Below, in pieces: positions 10,701 to 19,055 of a stretch of 64,000 nt of DNA (position 1 is the first letter of the stretch; each line of letters begins with the position of its first letter). Both the position numbers and the translations under genes were made by a program. Below the pieces are notes generated by a model that made no database searches, had not been told where the DNA came from, and saw only the letters and a list, made by a program, of their open reading frames with translations. The stretch is from positions 1,280,001 through 1,344,000 of the forward strand of contig CAWJMB010000002.1 in assembly GCA_963843845.1 (NCBI GenBank), given 5' to 3'. Origin of the DNA: an uncultured Gemmatimonadaceae bacterium. Lineage in GTDB: Bacteria > Gemmatimonadota > Gemmatimonadetes > Gemmatimonadales > Gemmatimonadaceae.

Positions 10701-12323
10701 ACGTTGTTCCGCGGTGGCCGCTCGCTGCTCGCCGCGAACGCCGCGCTGCCGCTCGACCTCGCGCTGAGGGAGGTCGCGGATCGGCGACTGACGGCCCCGC
10801 TGAACGGGCGCCTGCGTGCGGACTCGCTCGATCTGGCGCTGCTGGGCGCGCTCGTTCCCGGCACGCAGAACGTCGCCGGGGTCGTACGCGCGACGGCGGA
10901 CCTCGGCGGGACGTGGCAGCGTCCGCAGCTGCTCGGGTCGATCCGGCTGCGCGGCGGGGCGGGGAACGTGACGACGGCCGGCGTGCGCTTCGACAACATC
11001 ACGGCGGACGTCGCGTTCACCGGCGACTCGGTGCGCGTCGACAGCCTCGTCGTGCGCAGCGCGGGCACGGCGCGCCTCGCCGGCTCGGTGGCGATCGCGC
11101 CGATCGACAACCCGTCGTTCGACCTGCGCTTCGACGCGCGCAACTTCCTCGCCGTCGACCGCCCGCGGCTGGCGACGCTCTGGCTGTCGACGCCGACGCC
11201 CGTCACGCTCACCGGCCGCTACCTCGGCGCGACGGTACGCGGTGCGGTGCGGGCCGACCGGGGTCGGATCTACATCCCCGAGCTGATCGAGAAGCGGATC
11301 GTCGACCTGAACGACTACGCCGACGTCGTCGACACGTCGTCGCTCGCCGTCCGGTCGCTGCTCCCCGGCACCCCGAGCCGGTTCGTGGAGAACGTGCGTG
11401 TCGAGGACGTCAGCGTGAGCGTCGGCGACGACGTGTGGCTGCGGTCGCCCGAAGCGAACATCAAACTCGGCGGCTCGCTCGCCGTGACGCGGGCGCGCGC
11501 GACGACGTTGGGCGGCGAATCGCGCGAGCAGCTCGCGCTCCGCGGCTCGCTCGCCGTCGAGCGCGGCACGTATCGACTGAGCCTGCCGCCGATCGCGCAG
11601 CCCATCTTCGAGGTGCAGCCGGGCACCCTGCGCTTCTTCGGCACCGCCGATCTCAACCCGACGCTCGACATCCGCGCCGTCCACACCGTACGGCAGCCGG
11701 GTCGCAACACCAACCGTCCGGACGTGCGGGTGCAGGTCGCGATCGGCGGCACGCTGAACAGCCCGTCGCTCGCGCTGTCGAGCCCCGACGATCCGTCGAT
11801 CGCGACGACGGACCTCATCAGCTACCTCGTCACGGGGGAGCCGGCCGCCGTCATCCTCGGTCAGCAGGGCGCCGGGAGTGGAGCCGAGCAGGCCGTCGCG
11901 TTAGGCCTGCGCCTGGTCGGCAGCTACGCGTCGGGCGCGCTCTCGGCCGGGGGCCCGTTCGACGTCGTGCAGGTCGAGACGGTGTCGTCGAGCGACCCGG
12001 GCAGCACGAGCATTCTCACGAGCGGCCGCTCGATTCTCGAGCGCACGCGACTCGGCGTCGGCGGGCAGCTCGGCGAGAAGACCTTCTACACGGTGAGCGC
12101 GGGCTTCTGCGGACTCGGACTCGGCGGCCAGCAGGACCTCACGCTGTTCCGCCGCGGCCTGGGCTTCAAGATCGAGCACCGGCTCACGCCGACGCTCAGC
12201 GTGCAGGCGAGCTTCGAGCCGGGCTCCGTGAGCCAGGCGTGCAACAACACGAGCTTTCTGTCGAGCGTGCTGCAGACGCCGAAGCAGGGCGGGTTCGACT
12301 TTCTGCGGATCTGGTCATTCTGA
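7731..12323 (+). CDS. tamB: Translocation/assembly module TamB-like protein
   Basis: 1530 aa, N-terminal TM anchor, beta-taco-like repeats, C-terminal DUF490-like region (LRFFGTADLNPTLDIRA..IGGTLNSPSLALSS..LISYLVTG). Confidence 0.85.
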   Translation: MSRRKVVALVSAAFLLAVCVGVVALVVGLTQTGTGQDYVTRLVREQLAPNVSGKLYVGRVSGGFLDGVRIDSVELRGEDDSLFVATGPIRIWYDVRDLIDKRVLLKRVEIERPTIRVAQRENGRWNYKEIFPPKPPRRRSRVRTWGDFIVADSVHVRDGTFQYIQPWRPADSLRGARRDSAIAYNVARRDATIRRRVDGLARTYTWRKIDLALSQLSLAEPDSGRRTAEIARLDVDESDPPFLWRNIRGSARQQGDSLWVTTTHFDLPGSTGTGRARVTWGSGLPTRYDVYVVGDSVSLADVAWVYPTLPRTGGGTMQLHLFNDPRNLRVLQYALSKIDVRTTRSHLTGAMTFGVGGPVLQVKDVAVRAEPIDWALLRVFNGKPFPYDFAGTLTGTIRARGGPVNRFVVDDARLTWVDGNVPGATSQFAGRGQLDILFPAFTVFRGFDLEVQRLDLRTPRALNATFPPLGGTVDGRARLDSLWLDLRVSNADVTHRDGPGEPSRFTGGGRVTIGDDFLRYDLALQAQPVSLTTLARSYPDLVARGTFTGPVTLRGTIDSLLVTTTLTGGAGTFTFDGLVDDYEPSLAVRGRGTFASLDLRSLRGGPAAVPVTQLTGTYESDLRGSSLADLAGRLSLDLARSTFAGTRVYDGTARLAFGDGRVRADSLAIDSPAFRLTARGALGLAAATSDTMRLTVVADSLGGLRRWIGGSPAAPDSLSGSLRLSGTLAGTLDTTATSLGLTLDGRLRGDDLVLRGLRASLLDGTVRVADALRRPFIDAALGADSLAVGRIALGRADATYVTAGGRGPAPGTRDSGRTEGRFTLRAASDSGPSIAVAGSAATSPDTTRVTVDSARLGLAAQHAYRLAAPASVVLATANDAIVLDPFVLRDELGAQLSVRGALGDTGAVSGALVVERLPLVDLARLGGLVGGRGSTQFDGRLDLRAALAGTRADPTIDLGAATRRVEVAGVAIDSLGLTARYAARRLAADVTLFRGGRSLLAANAALPLDLALREVADRRLTAPLNGRLRADSLDLALLGALVPGTQNVAGVVRATADLGGTWQRPQLLGSIRLRGGAGNVTTAGVRFDNITADVAFTGDSVRVDSLVVRSAGTARLAGSVAIAPIDNPSFDLRFDARNFLAVDRPRLATLWLSTPTPVTLTGRYLGATVRGAVRADRGRIYIPELIEKRIVDLNDYADVVDTSSLAVRSLLPGTPSRFVENVRVEDVSVSVGDDVWLRSPEANIKLGGSLAVTRARATTLGGESREQLALRGSLAVERGTYRLSLPPIAQPIFEVQPGTLRFFGTADLNPTLDIRAVHTVRQPGRNTNRPDVRVQVAIGGTLNSPSLALSSPDDPSIATTDLISYLVTGEPAAVILGQQGAGSGAEQAVALGLRLVGSYASGALSAGGPFDVVQVETVSSSDPGSTSILTSGRSILERTRLGVGGQLGEKTFYTVSAGFCGLGLGGQQDLTLFRRGLGFKIEHRLTPTLSVQASFEPGSVSQACNNTSFLSSVLQTPKQGGFDFLRIWSF

Positions 12324-12325
12324 GC

Positions 12326-13231
12326 GTGCCGCTGGTTCGGCGCGCGCTGCTCGTCGTCAATCCGGCGGCGGGGAACGCGGCGGGGCGAGAGGCGCGCGCC
12401 GCGCGGGCGTTCGCCGCCGCCGGCGTCGAGGTGCGCGTCGAGCGGACGGCGCGGCCCGGCCACGCCGGAGAGTTGGCGGCGTCGCTCGCTCCGGACGACG
12501 TGGACGCCGTGTTCACGTTAGGCGGCGACGGCACCGCGATGGAGGTCGTCGGCGCGCTCGCGCACAGCGGTCTGCCGGTCGGCATCCTCCCGGGCGGCAC
12601 CGGGAACCTCATCGCGCGAACGTTAGGCACGCCGCTGGGCACCGCCCGCGCCGTACGGGCGCTGCTGAACGGGGATCGGGCCCGCATCGATCTCGGCGTC
12701 GTGCAGGCCGACGCGGGGCCGCCGCGCTACTTCGCCTTCGCGGCGGGGGTCGGGATCGACGCGCGGATGATCGAGGAGACGCCCGCGGCGCTCAAGCGAA
12801 AGCTCGGGTGGCTCGCCTACGGGCTCACGGCGTCGCGGGCGATGCTGGCGCGCGACCGGTTCGCTGTGCGGGTCGTCGTCGATGGCGAGGAGATCCGGCG
12901 AGACGCGGCGGCGGTCATGATCGTCAACTTCGGCGCAGTGCTCGGCGATCTGTTTCGCTTCGGGCCGGGGATCCGGCACGACGACGGGCGGCTCGATCTC
13001 TGCCTGTTCGCTCCTCAGTCGGTCGGCGACGCGGTGCGGGTCATGTGGCGGCTGATGCGGAAGGACTTCCGCGACGACCGCTGCCTGCTCTACCGCTCCG
13101 GGCGCGAGTTCCGCGTCGAGCCGCTGACACCCAGGGGGGCGCAGGCGGACGGCGAGCTGTTGGGCCGGACGCCGATCACCGTGCGCGTCGAGCCGCTCGC
13201 GGCGACGCTGCTCGTGCCGCACCGCCCGTGA
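12326..13231 (+). CDS. Diacylglycerol/lipid kinase family protein (YegS/DagK-like)
   Basis: VVNPAAG, LGGDGT, ILPGGTGNLIA, GVGIDA, DDGRLD, QADGE motifs. The real start is GTG 12326; the upstream part of ORF 8162..13231 is a shadow of tamB. Confidence 0.9.
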   Translation: MPLVRRALLVVNPAAGNAAGREARAARAFAAAGVEVRVERTARPGHAGELAASLAPDDVDAVFTLGGDGTAMEVVGALAHSGLPVGILPGGTGNLIARTLGTPLGTARAVRALLNGDRARIDLGVVQADAGPPRYFAFAAGVGIDARMIEETPAALKRKLGWLAYGLTASRAMLARDRFAVRVVVDGEEIRRDAAAVMIVNFGAVLGDLFRFGPGIRHDDGRLDLCLFAPQSVGDAVRVMWRLMRKDFRDDRCLLYRSGREFRVEPLTPRGAQADGELLGRTPITVRVEPLAATLLVPHRP

Positions 13232-13256
13232 CTCGCCCCGCCTCTCTCTCGCCGTC

Positions 13257-15404
13257 ATGCCGTCGATCCTCACCGCCGATCACACTCACGAGCTCGCGGA
13301 GCGCATCCGGACGCTGACGGCGACGTTGGACGCCGTGGTCGCCGGCGCCGCCCTCGGGCGCTCGCTGGACGAGCACGAGATCGTACGCGGGCTGGCGCGC
13401 GTCGCCGCCTGCGTCGTGCCGGCGGACGGGGTGATCGTCGCGCACCCCGATCTGGACGCCGGGGTCGTACACACGTCGGCGCGCGTCGTGCGCGGGTTGT
13501 CCTGCCCCCGCGCCGAGCAACCGTTAGGCACCGGCGCGATCGCGATCGCGGCACGGAGCGGCACGGCGGTCCGCATGAACGACTACGACGCCGATCGTTC
13601 GCTCCTCGCGGCCGAGGATGATGTCGCGGGCGACGCCGGGCCGGCCGGCTCCGTGCTCGCCGTCCCGATGCGCGTCGGGACCGCGCTGCTCGGCGTCGTC
13701 GCCGTCCACGCGGACGCGGCGCACGCGTTCGACGACGGGCACGAGGCGATGCTCCGCGCCGTCGTCGCGCAGGGCGCGACCGCGATCGCGAACGCGCGCC
13801 TGTTCGCCGAGAGCGAAGCCGAGCGCCGGCAGAGCGACGCGCTGGCCGACGTCGCGCGCGCGGCGAGCGCGTCGCTCCGCTTCGGCGATGTCATGCGGCT
13901 CGTGCTGCGCCACACGGTCGCGCTGCTTCGCGCGCGCGGCGCGTGCGTGGCGTTGCAGCGCGACGAGTATCTGCACGTCGTCGCCGGCATCGGCTCGGCG
14001 GGGCGGCTCTCGGGGGTGCACGTGCCGCTCGACGGCACCATGATGGGCGCCACGTTCCGCGAGGGGCGCACGCACATCTCGAACGACGTGGACCGCGACA
14101 GCAGCTTCGAGCGCCGGCTGCGGCAGGTCGCGCCCGCGGACAAGGTGGTGCTCGTGCCGCTCGTGGGCGCGGACGGCCCGATCGGCGTCATCGCCGCGAT
14201 GGACCGCGTCGCCGACTTCACGGAGCGCGACGCGCGCGTGCTGCGCCGGCTCGCCGACCAGGTTGCCGTCGCGATCGTGAACGCGCGGCTGTTCGAGCAG
14301 GTCACGGACGCGACGCGCGAGTGGAAGGTCGCGTTCGACGCGATCGCGGCGGGGATGGTCGTGCTCGACGAGCGGGGGAGCGTACGGCGCTGCAACCAGC
14401 GTGCGGCCGAGCTGACCGGCCACGCGACGCCCAAGGCGCTGCTCGGCGCCGACTTCCGCGACGCGATCGGGCTGACGGATGCGGCGACGGCCGACGCGGG
14501 CGGCGACCGCGTCGACGTCGTCGGCCGCGCGCTCGTGCTGCGCGAGATGGCGCGCGAGACGGTGCACACGAGCCGCGCCGCGCGGTGGCTCGACGTGCTC
14601 GCGGCGCCGCACCCCGACGGCGGCGCCGTCGTCACGTTCGACGACGTCTCGGCGCACCACACGCTGGCCGAGCAGCTCGTGCAGCGCGAGCGCCTGGCGA
14701 CCGTCGGACGGCTCGTGCGGGGGCTCGCGCACGAGGTCGACAACCCGCTCGCGAGCGTGCTGTCGCTCGCCGACCTGCTCGTCGACGAGGCGACACCGCT
14801 GAGCGCGGCCGACGTGCGCGACGCCGCCCGCGCCATCCGCGCCGAGTCGCGCCGCGCGCTGCGGATCATGGAGCGGCTCGACGCGTTCGCCCGACAGCGC
14901 GCACCCGAGCGGACGGCGACCGACATCAACCGTGTCGTGCTCGACGCGCTCGAGCTCCGCCGCCACGCGCTGCGCGTGCAGGACGTCGACCTCGCCGTCG
15001 CGCTCGACTACGAGGCGCCGCTCACGTGGGCGGACGCGGGGCAGCTGCAGCAGGTGTGCGTGCAGGTGCTCGCCGTCGCCGAGCAGTCGCTCGTACGCTC
15101 CGGCGGCGACCGGTGCCTCACCATCGCGACTCGCCGCCGGGAGGCCGCATTCGAGCTGTCGTTCGCCGACAGCGGGCCGGCGCGTGACGACGCGGCGGTG
15201 GAGCGGTTGCTCGATCCGGTCGCGTGGGGCGGCGACGACGACCCCGCGGACGCCGCGAGTCTCGCAGCGGCGAGCGCGATCGTCCGGGAGCACGGCGGCA
15301 CGCTCGACGTGACCCGCCCGCGCGACGGTGGGACGGTCGTCGTGGTACGGCTGCCCTACGTCCCGCCGCCGTCGTCGGCGCTGCTGGCCGCGGTCGCCGA
15401 GTAG
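13257..15404 (+). CDS. GAF-GAF-PAS sensor histidine kinase-like protein with a degenerate ATPase domain
   Basis: Two GAF domains (each ending AIxNARLF), PAS (FDAIAAGMVVLD..CNQRA), H-box LAHEVDNPL; N, G1, F and G2 boxes degenerate. Confidence 0.8.
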   Translation: MPSILTADHTHELAERIRTLTATLDAVVAGAALGRSLDEHEIVRGLARVAACVVPADGVIVAHPDLDAGVVHTSARVVRGLSCPRAEQPLGTGAIAIAARSGTAVRMNDYDADRSLLAAEDDVAGDAGPAGSVLAVPMRVGTALLGVVAVHADAAHAFDDGHEAMLRAVVAQGATAIANARLFAESEAERRQSDALADVARAASASLRFGDVMRLVLRHTVALLRARGACVALQRDEYLHVVAGIGSAGRLSGVHVPLDGTMMGATFREGRTHISNDVDRDSSFERRLRQVAPADKVVLVPLVGADGPIGVIAAMDRVADFTERDARVLRRLADQVAVAIVNARLFEQVTDATREWKVAFDAIAAGMVVLDERGSVRRCNQRAAELTGHATPKALLGADFRDAIGLTDAATADAGGDRVDVVGRALVLREMARETVHTSRAARWLDVLAAPHPDGGAVVTFDDVSAHHTLAEQLVQRERLATVGRLVRGLAHEVDNPLASVLSLADLLVDEATPLSAADVRDAARAIRAESRRALRIMERLDAFARQRAPERTATDINRVVLDALELRRHALRVQDVDLAVALDYEAPLTWADAGQLQQVCVQVLAVAEQSLVRSGGDRCLTIATRRREAAFELSFADSGPARDDAAVERLLDPVAWGGDDDPADAASLAAASAIVREHGGTLDVTRPRDGGTVVVVRLPYVPPPSSALLAAVAE

Positions 15405-15482
15405 CGAGGGCTCGATCCGGAGGGTGGCGAACGCGCGACGCGGGGCTTGCCGAACGCGCGCGGCCGGCGAGGATTCCGTCGC

Positions 15483-16361
15483 ATGACTTCTCCTGCCGCT
15501 CTCGTCGCCGCGCCGTCGTTCGCGCTCGTCCGCTCGCCCGTCGCACCGCTGCACGCCGAGCCGCGCGTGTCGAGCCCGCAAGTCTCGCAGACGCTGTTCG
15601 GCCACGCCACGACGGTGAGCGAATCGCGCGGCGACTGGCACCGCGTCGGCACGTTCGACGGCTACGAGGGGTGGACGCACGCGGGGTACCTCGCCATGCT
15701 CGACGCACGGCCGCAGCTGCCCGGCGTCGCGGTCGGGTCGGCCGAGGCGTCGGGCACGACGAACGGCGCCGGTGCGCCGTTCGACGCCGCGCGCCTCACG
15801 ACCATGCTCGGTGGCGACGCGATTCCGCGCGTGTCGTTAGGCTGCACGGTCCGCGCCGGCGACCGCGCGCTGCGGCTCCCGTTAGGCGCCTGGGTGCACG
15901 GCGCGCAGACGATGCTCGACGGCGAGGCCGTCCCGATGGACGAGCTGGGCGCGCGCTTCCCGGCGGATGGCGATCAGCTCGTGCGCACCGCGTCGCACCG
16001 GTTCGCCGGGACGAGCTATCAGTGGGGCGGCGTGACGCCGTGGGGCGCCGACTGCTCGGGGCTCGTGCAGACGGTGTTCGCGCTGCACGGCCTCTCGCTC
16101 CCGCGCGATGCGTGGCAGCAGGCGGCGGTCGGCAGCGACGCCGGCACGCGCCTCGACGCGCTCCGCGCCGGCGACCTCCTGTTCTTCTCCGACCGCGACG
16201 ACCGCCGCGTCACGCACGTCGGCATCGCGGTGGGTGACGGCCGGATGGCGCATTCCGCGCTGGGGCGCGGGGGGTGGTCGGTCGACGACCTGCTCGACGA
16301 GCACGACGGCTACGCGCGGGCGCTCGCCGGGCGATTTCTGTTCGCGCGGCGCGTTCTGTGA
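15483..16361 (+). CDS. SH3 + NlpC/P60 (C40) peptidase, YkfC-like
   Basis: VSQTLFG..DGYEGW SH3b region; YQWGG..GADCSGLVQ, LPRDAWQQ, GDLLFF, HVGI and H catalytic motifs. Confidence 0.88.
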   Translation: MTSPAALVAAPSFALVRSPVAPLHAEPRVSSPQVSQTLFGHATTVSESRGDWHRVGTFDGYEGWTHAGYLAMLDARPQLPGVAVGSAEASGTTNGAGAPFDAARLTTMLGGDAIPRVSLGCTVRAGDRALRLPLGAWVHGAQTMLDGEAVPMDELGARFPADGDQLVRTASHRFAGTSYQWGGVTPWGADCSGLVQTVFALHGLSLPRDAWQQAAVGSDAGTRLDALRAGDLLFFSDRDDRRVTHVGIAVGDGRMAHSALGRGGWSVDDLLDEHDGYARALAGRFLFARRVL

Positions 16362-16434
16362 GCGACGACGCCGCAGCGATCGACGCTCGGCCGGCGGGGG
16401 CGCATCGAGGAGCGGGAGTGCGTTAGCTTTGGCC

Positions 16435-17373
16435 ATGGCGTCGCAGGACACAGTCGGCTCGGCAGCAGCATCGTCGCCCGACCGCTCACAGCGTGAGCGG
16501 TCGGGCGTTTGGCTCACGGACGTCATGCTCGTCGGCATGGCATTCATCTGGGGCGTCAACTACGTCGTCGTGAAGTTCGCGACGCGGCACTTCGAGCCGC
16601 TCGTCTTCAACGCCCTGCGCATCGGACTGGCGGCGGTCGTGCTCGGCGCGCTGGCGGTCGCGCTGCGCGAGCACGCGCCGAGTCGTCGCGACGCGCTCGG
16701 CCTCGCGCTGCTCGGCATCATCGGCCACGGCGTCTACCAGGTCTGCTTCGTGGAGGGCGTGGCGCACACGAACGCGGGAACGGCGGCGCTCATCTTCGCG
16801 GCGACGCCGGCGTTCATCGGCGTCGTGGGGCGCATCGTCGGCACCGAGCGTCCGGCACGGCGCGCGTGGGCGGGGATCGCGCTGCAGCTGCTCGGCATGG
16901 CGTGCGTCGTCGCGGGGAGCGCGGCGTCCGCCGGGAGTGCGGTCGGCTCCGCGCTCCTCGGTCCGGCGCTCATTCTCGGCGCGTGCGCGTCGTGGGCGGT
17001 GTACAGCGTGCTGCTCAAGCCGTACGCGGCGCGCGTGCACCCGATCCAGCTCGCGGCGTGGACGCTGGTCGGCGGCGTGGCCGTCTACGCGGTGATCGCG
17101 GTGCCGGGGTTGCTGCGCTTCGACCCGGGGGAGCTCCCGCCGTCCGCGTGGGGCGCCGTGGCGTACAGCGGGATCGGCGCGCTCGTCGTGGCGTACCTGT
17201 TCTACTACCGCGGTGTGCGCGTGCTCGGGCCGGTGAAGACCTCGATGTTCGCCAACCTGCAGCCGATCATCACGCTCGTCGTGGCGTACTTCGCGTTCGG
17301 CGAGGTGCCGGCGCCGATACAGTTCGGCGGCGCGGCGCTCATCACCGGCGGCTTGCTCGTGTCGCGCGGCTGA
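16435..17373 (+). CDS. EamA/DMT family transporter
   Basis: About 10 TM helices; IWGVNYVVVK..P..FNALR; NLQPI..FGE motif. Confidence 0.88.
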   Translation: MASQDTVGSAAASSPDRSQRERSGVWLTDVMLVGMAFIWGVNYVVVKFATRHFEPLVFNALRIGLAAVVLGALAVALREHAPSRRDALGLALLGIIGHGVYQVCFVEGVAHTNAGTAALIFAATPAFIGVVGRIVGTERPARRAWAGIALQLLGMACVVAGSAASAGSAVGSALLGPALILGACASWAVYSVLLKPYAARVHPIQLAAWTLVGGVAVYAVIAVPGLLRFDPGELPPSAWGAVAYSGIGALVVAYLFYYRGVRVLGPVKTSMFANLQPIITLVVAYFAFGEVPAPIQFGGAALITGGLLVSRG

Positions 17374-17415
17374 GCGCGCCGAGCGCAGCGGCCTGACGTT
17401 TCCAACCGTTCTCGT

Positions 17416-18105
17416 ATGCGATTGGTTCTGTTCGATCTCGACGGCACACTGCTGCGCGGCCACGGTGCGGGGCGCGAGTCGATGGAGGCCGCGCTCGCCG
17501 AAGCGTTCGGCTCGGCCGGCGATCCGGAGTATCACTACGACGGGAAGACCGACCGGCAGATCGTGCGCGAGACGATGCGCGCCGCCGGCCACGACGACGC
17601 GGCGATCGACGCGCAGCTCGAGGCGGTGATCGCCGGCTACCTGCGCCGCGTGCGGGAGCGCCTGTCGAGCGGCGCGGCGCGCGTGACGCAGCTCGCCGGG
17701 GTGGCGCCGCTGCTCGACGCGCTCGAGCGCCGCGCCGATGTCGTGCTGGGGGTGCTGACCGGCAACGTCGCAGACGGCGCGGCGCTGAAGCTCGAGGCCG
17801 CGGGTATCGACGCCTCGCGCTTCCGCGTGAACGCCTTCGGCTCCGACCACGAGCACCGCCGCCGCCTTCCCGAGATCGCGCAGCAGCGCGCCCGCGACGA
17901 CCTGGGTCTCGATCTCACGGGCGACGCGATCGTCGTCATCGGCGACACGCCGGCCGACATCGACTGCGCGCGCTCGATCGGGGCGCGGACGATCGGAGTC
18001 GCCACCGGCCGATACTCCGTCGCCGAGCTGGCCGAGCACGGGCCGACCGCCGTCGTCGCGGACCTCACCGACACCGACGCCGTGGTCGCGGCGATCCTGT
18101 CGTGA
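17416..18105 (+). CDS. HAD-family hydrolase (phosphoglycolate phosphatase-like)
   Basis: LFDLDGTL motif I, LTGN motif II, IGDTPADI motif IV. Confidence 0.9.
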   Translation: MRLVLFDLDGTLLRGHGAGRESMEAALAEAFGSAGDPEYHYDGKTDRQIVRETMRAAGHDDAAIDAQLEAVIAGYLRRVRERLSSGAARVTQLAGVAPLLDALERRADVVLGVLTGNVADGAALKLEAAGIDASRFRVNAFGSDHEHRRRLPEIAQQRARDDLGLDLTGDAIVVIGDTPADIDCARSIGARTIGVATGRYSVAELAEHGPTAVVADLTDTDAVVAAILS

Positions 18106-18854
18106 GCGCGGTCCGGGCGCGACACCTCGTCGACGCCGCCCTGGTCGAGGCGAGCGACGATGCGGTCGTCGTGCCGCTCGCCGGACGCACCGATGGGCGC
18201 CTTCCGTACGCCCACGTCGACGGCCTGCTCGTCGGCGCGACGTCGGTGGTCCTCTCGGCCGACGACGGGATGGTCGTCGAGATCGTGTCGGGCGACACGG
18301 CGTTGGGCACGCTCGCGCGCGCCGTCGCCGTGCGGCTGTTCGCGCTCCCCGAGTTCATGCGCAGCCTGCGCGCGTTCGGGTCGTCGCGCACCGGCGTCGG
18401 CGACGCGCACGACCGCTACTTCGCGCCGCTCGTGACGCCGCTCCGCGCCCTCCGCTACGCCCACGAGGAGGCGGTCGTGGCGCAGCCGCACACCGCGTGG
18501 CGGGCCGCGCTGTCGCTCGACGCGGGCAGGATCGCGGCCGAGCTCCGGTCGGCGATCGCGGCACTCGCGGCGTCGCACTGCCCGTCGTCGGCGCCGCACT
18601 GCCGATCGCTCGAAGCCGAGCTGCTCGACGACGCCGAGCCGCTGTTCGCGGCGCTCGATGACGTCGCTCGCGCCGCGCAGCAGCTCGGCGTCGCGCCGGA
18701 CCAGGAGCGGGGGCGGGCGTGGCGGGCGTGGTGCCGCGCCGTGACGTCGGCCATCGCAGCGGCGGACCGGGCGTGGGTCACCTCGGCGCGAGCCCTCGCC
18801 GAGGTGCCGGCGCCCCGGCCGCGCGGGTGGCGACGGCTGCTATCCCGCCGCTAG
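18102..18854 (+). CDS. Hypothetical protein
   Basis: 250 aa ORF translationally coupled (GTGA overlap) to the HAD gene, with typical codon usage; no motif recognised. Confidence 0.65.
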   Translation: MSAVRARHLVDAALVEASDDAVVVPLAGRTDGRLPYAHVDGLLVGATSVVLSADDGMVVEIVSGDTALGTLARAVAVRLFALPEFMRSLRAFGSSRTGVGDAHDRYFAPLVTPLRALRYAHEEAVVAQPHTAWRAALSLDAGRIAAELRSAIAALAASHCPSSAPHCRSLEAELLDDAEPLFAALDDVARAAQQLGVAPDQERGRAWRAWCRAVTSAIAAADRAWVTSARALAEVPAPRPRGWRRLLSRR

Positions 18855-18877
18855 GCGCTCGCCGAGCCGCCTGTCGC

Positions 18878-19042
18878 TCACGTCTTCGCCCAGTCGCCGC
18901 CCTCCCGGGCGTCGGCGTCGCCGCATCCACATCCGGTGTCGCACAGCGCCGCTCTGGTCGGCCGCAGCGTCATCCACACGCGCCGCCCCACGTACGTCGC
19001 GCATGCCGCGACGATCAGCGCGACGATCAGTGTCTGCATCAT
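18878..19042 (-). CDS. Small FeoB-associated Cys-rich membrane protein (54 aa, not in the ORF track)
   Basis: Manual translation MMQTLIVALIVAACATYVGRRVWMTLRPTRAALCDTGCGCGDADAREGGDWAKT*; strong RBS GGAGGAG; lies directly downstream of feoB. Confidence 0.8.
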   Translation of the reverse strand: MMQTLIVALIVAACATYVGRRVWMTLRPTRAALCDTGCGCGDADAREGGDWAKT

Positions 19043-19055
19043 GGTCTCCTCCGGG

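Noticed and set aside
8162..12325. Very long alternative-frame ORFs (e.g. 8162..13231, 13524..15680, 38985..41666, 57009..59021)
   Set aside because: Arg/Ala/Pro-rich shadow frames of real genes, expected at this GC content. Only the last ~300 aa of 8162..13231 is a real gene (the lipid kinase).
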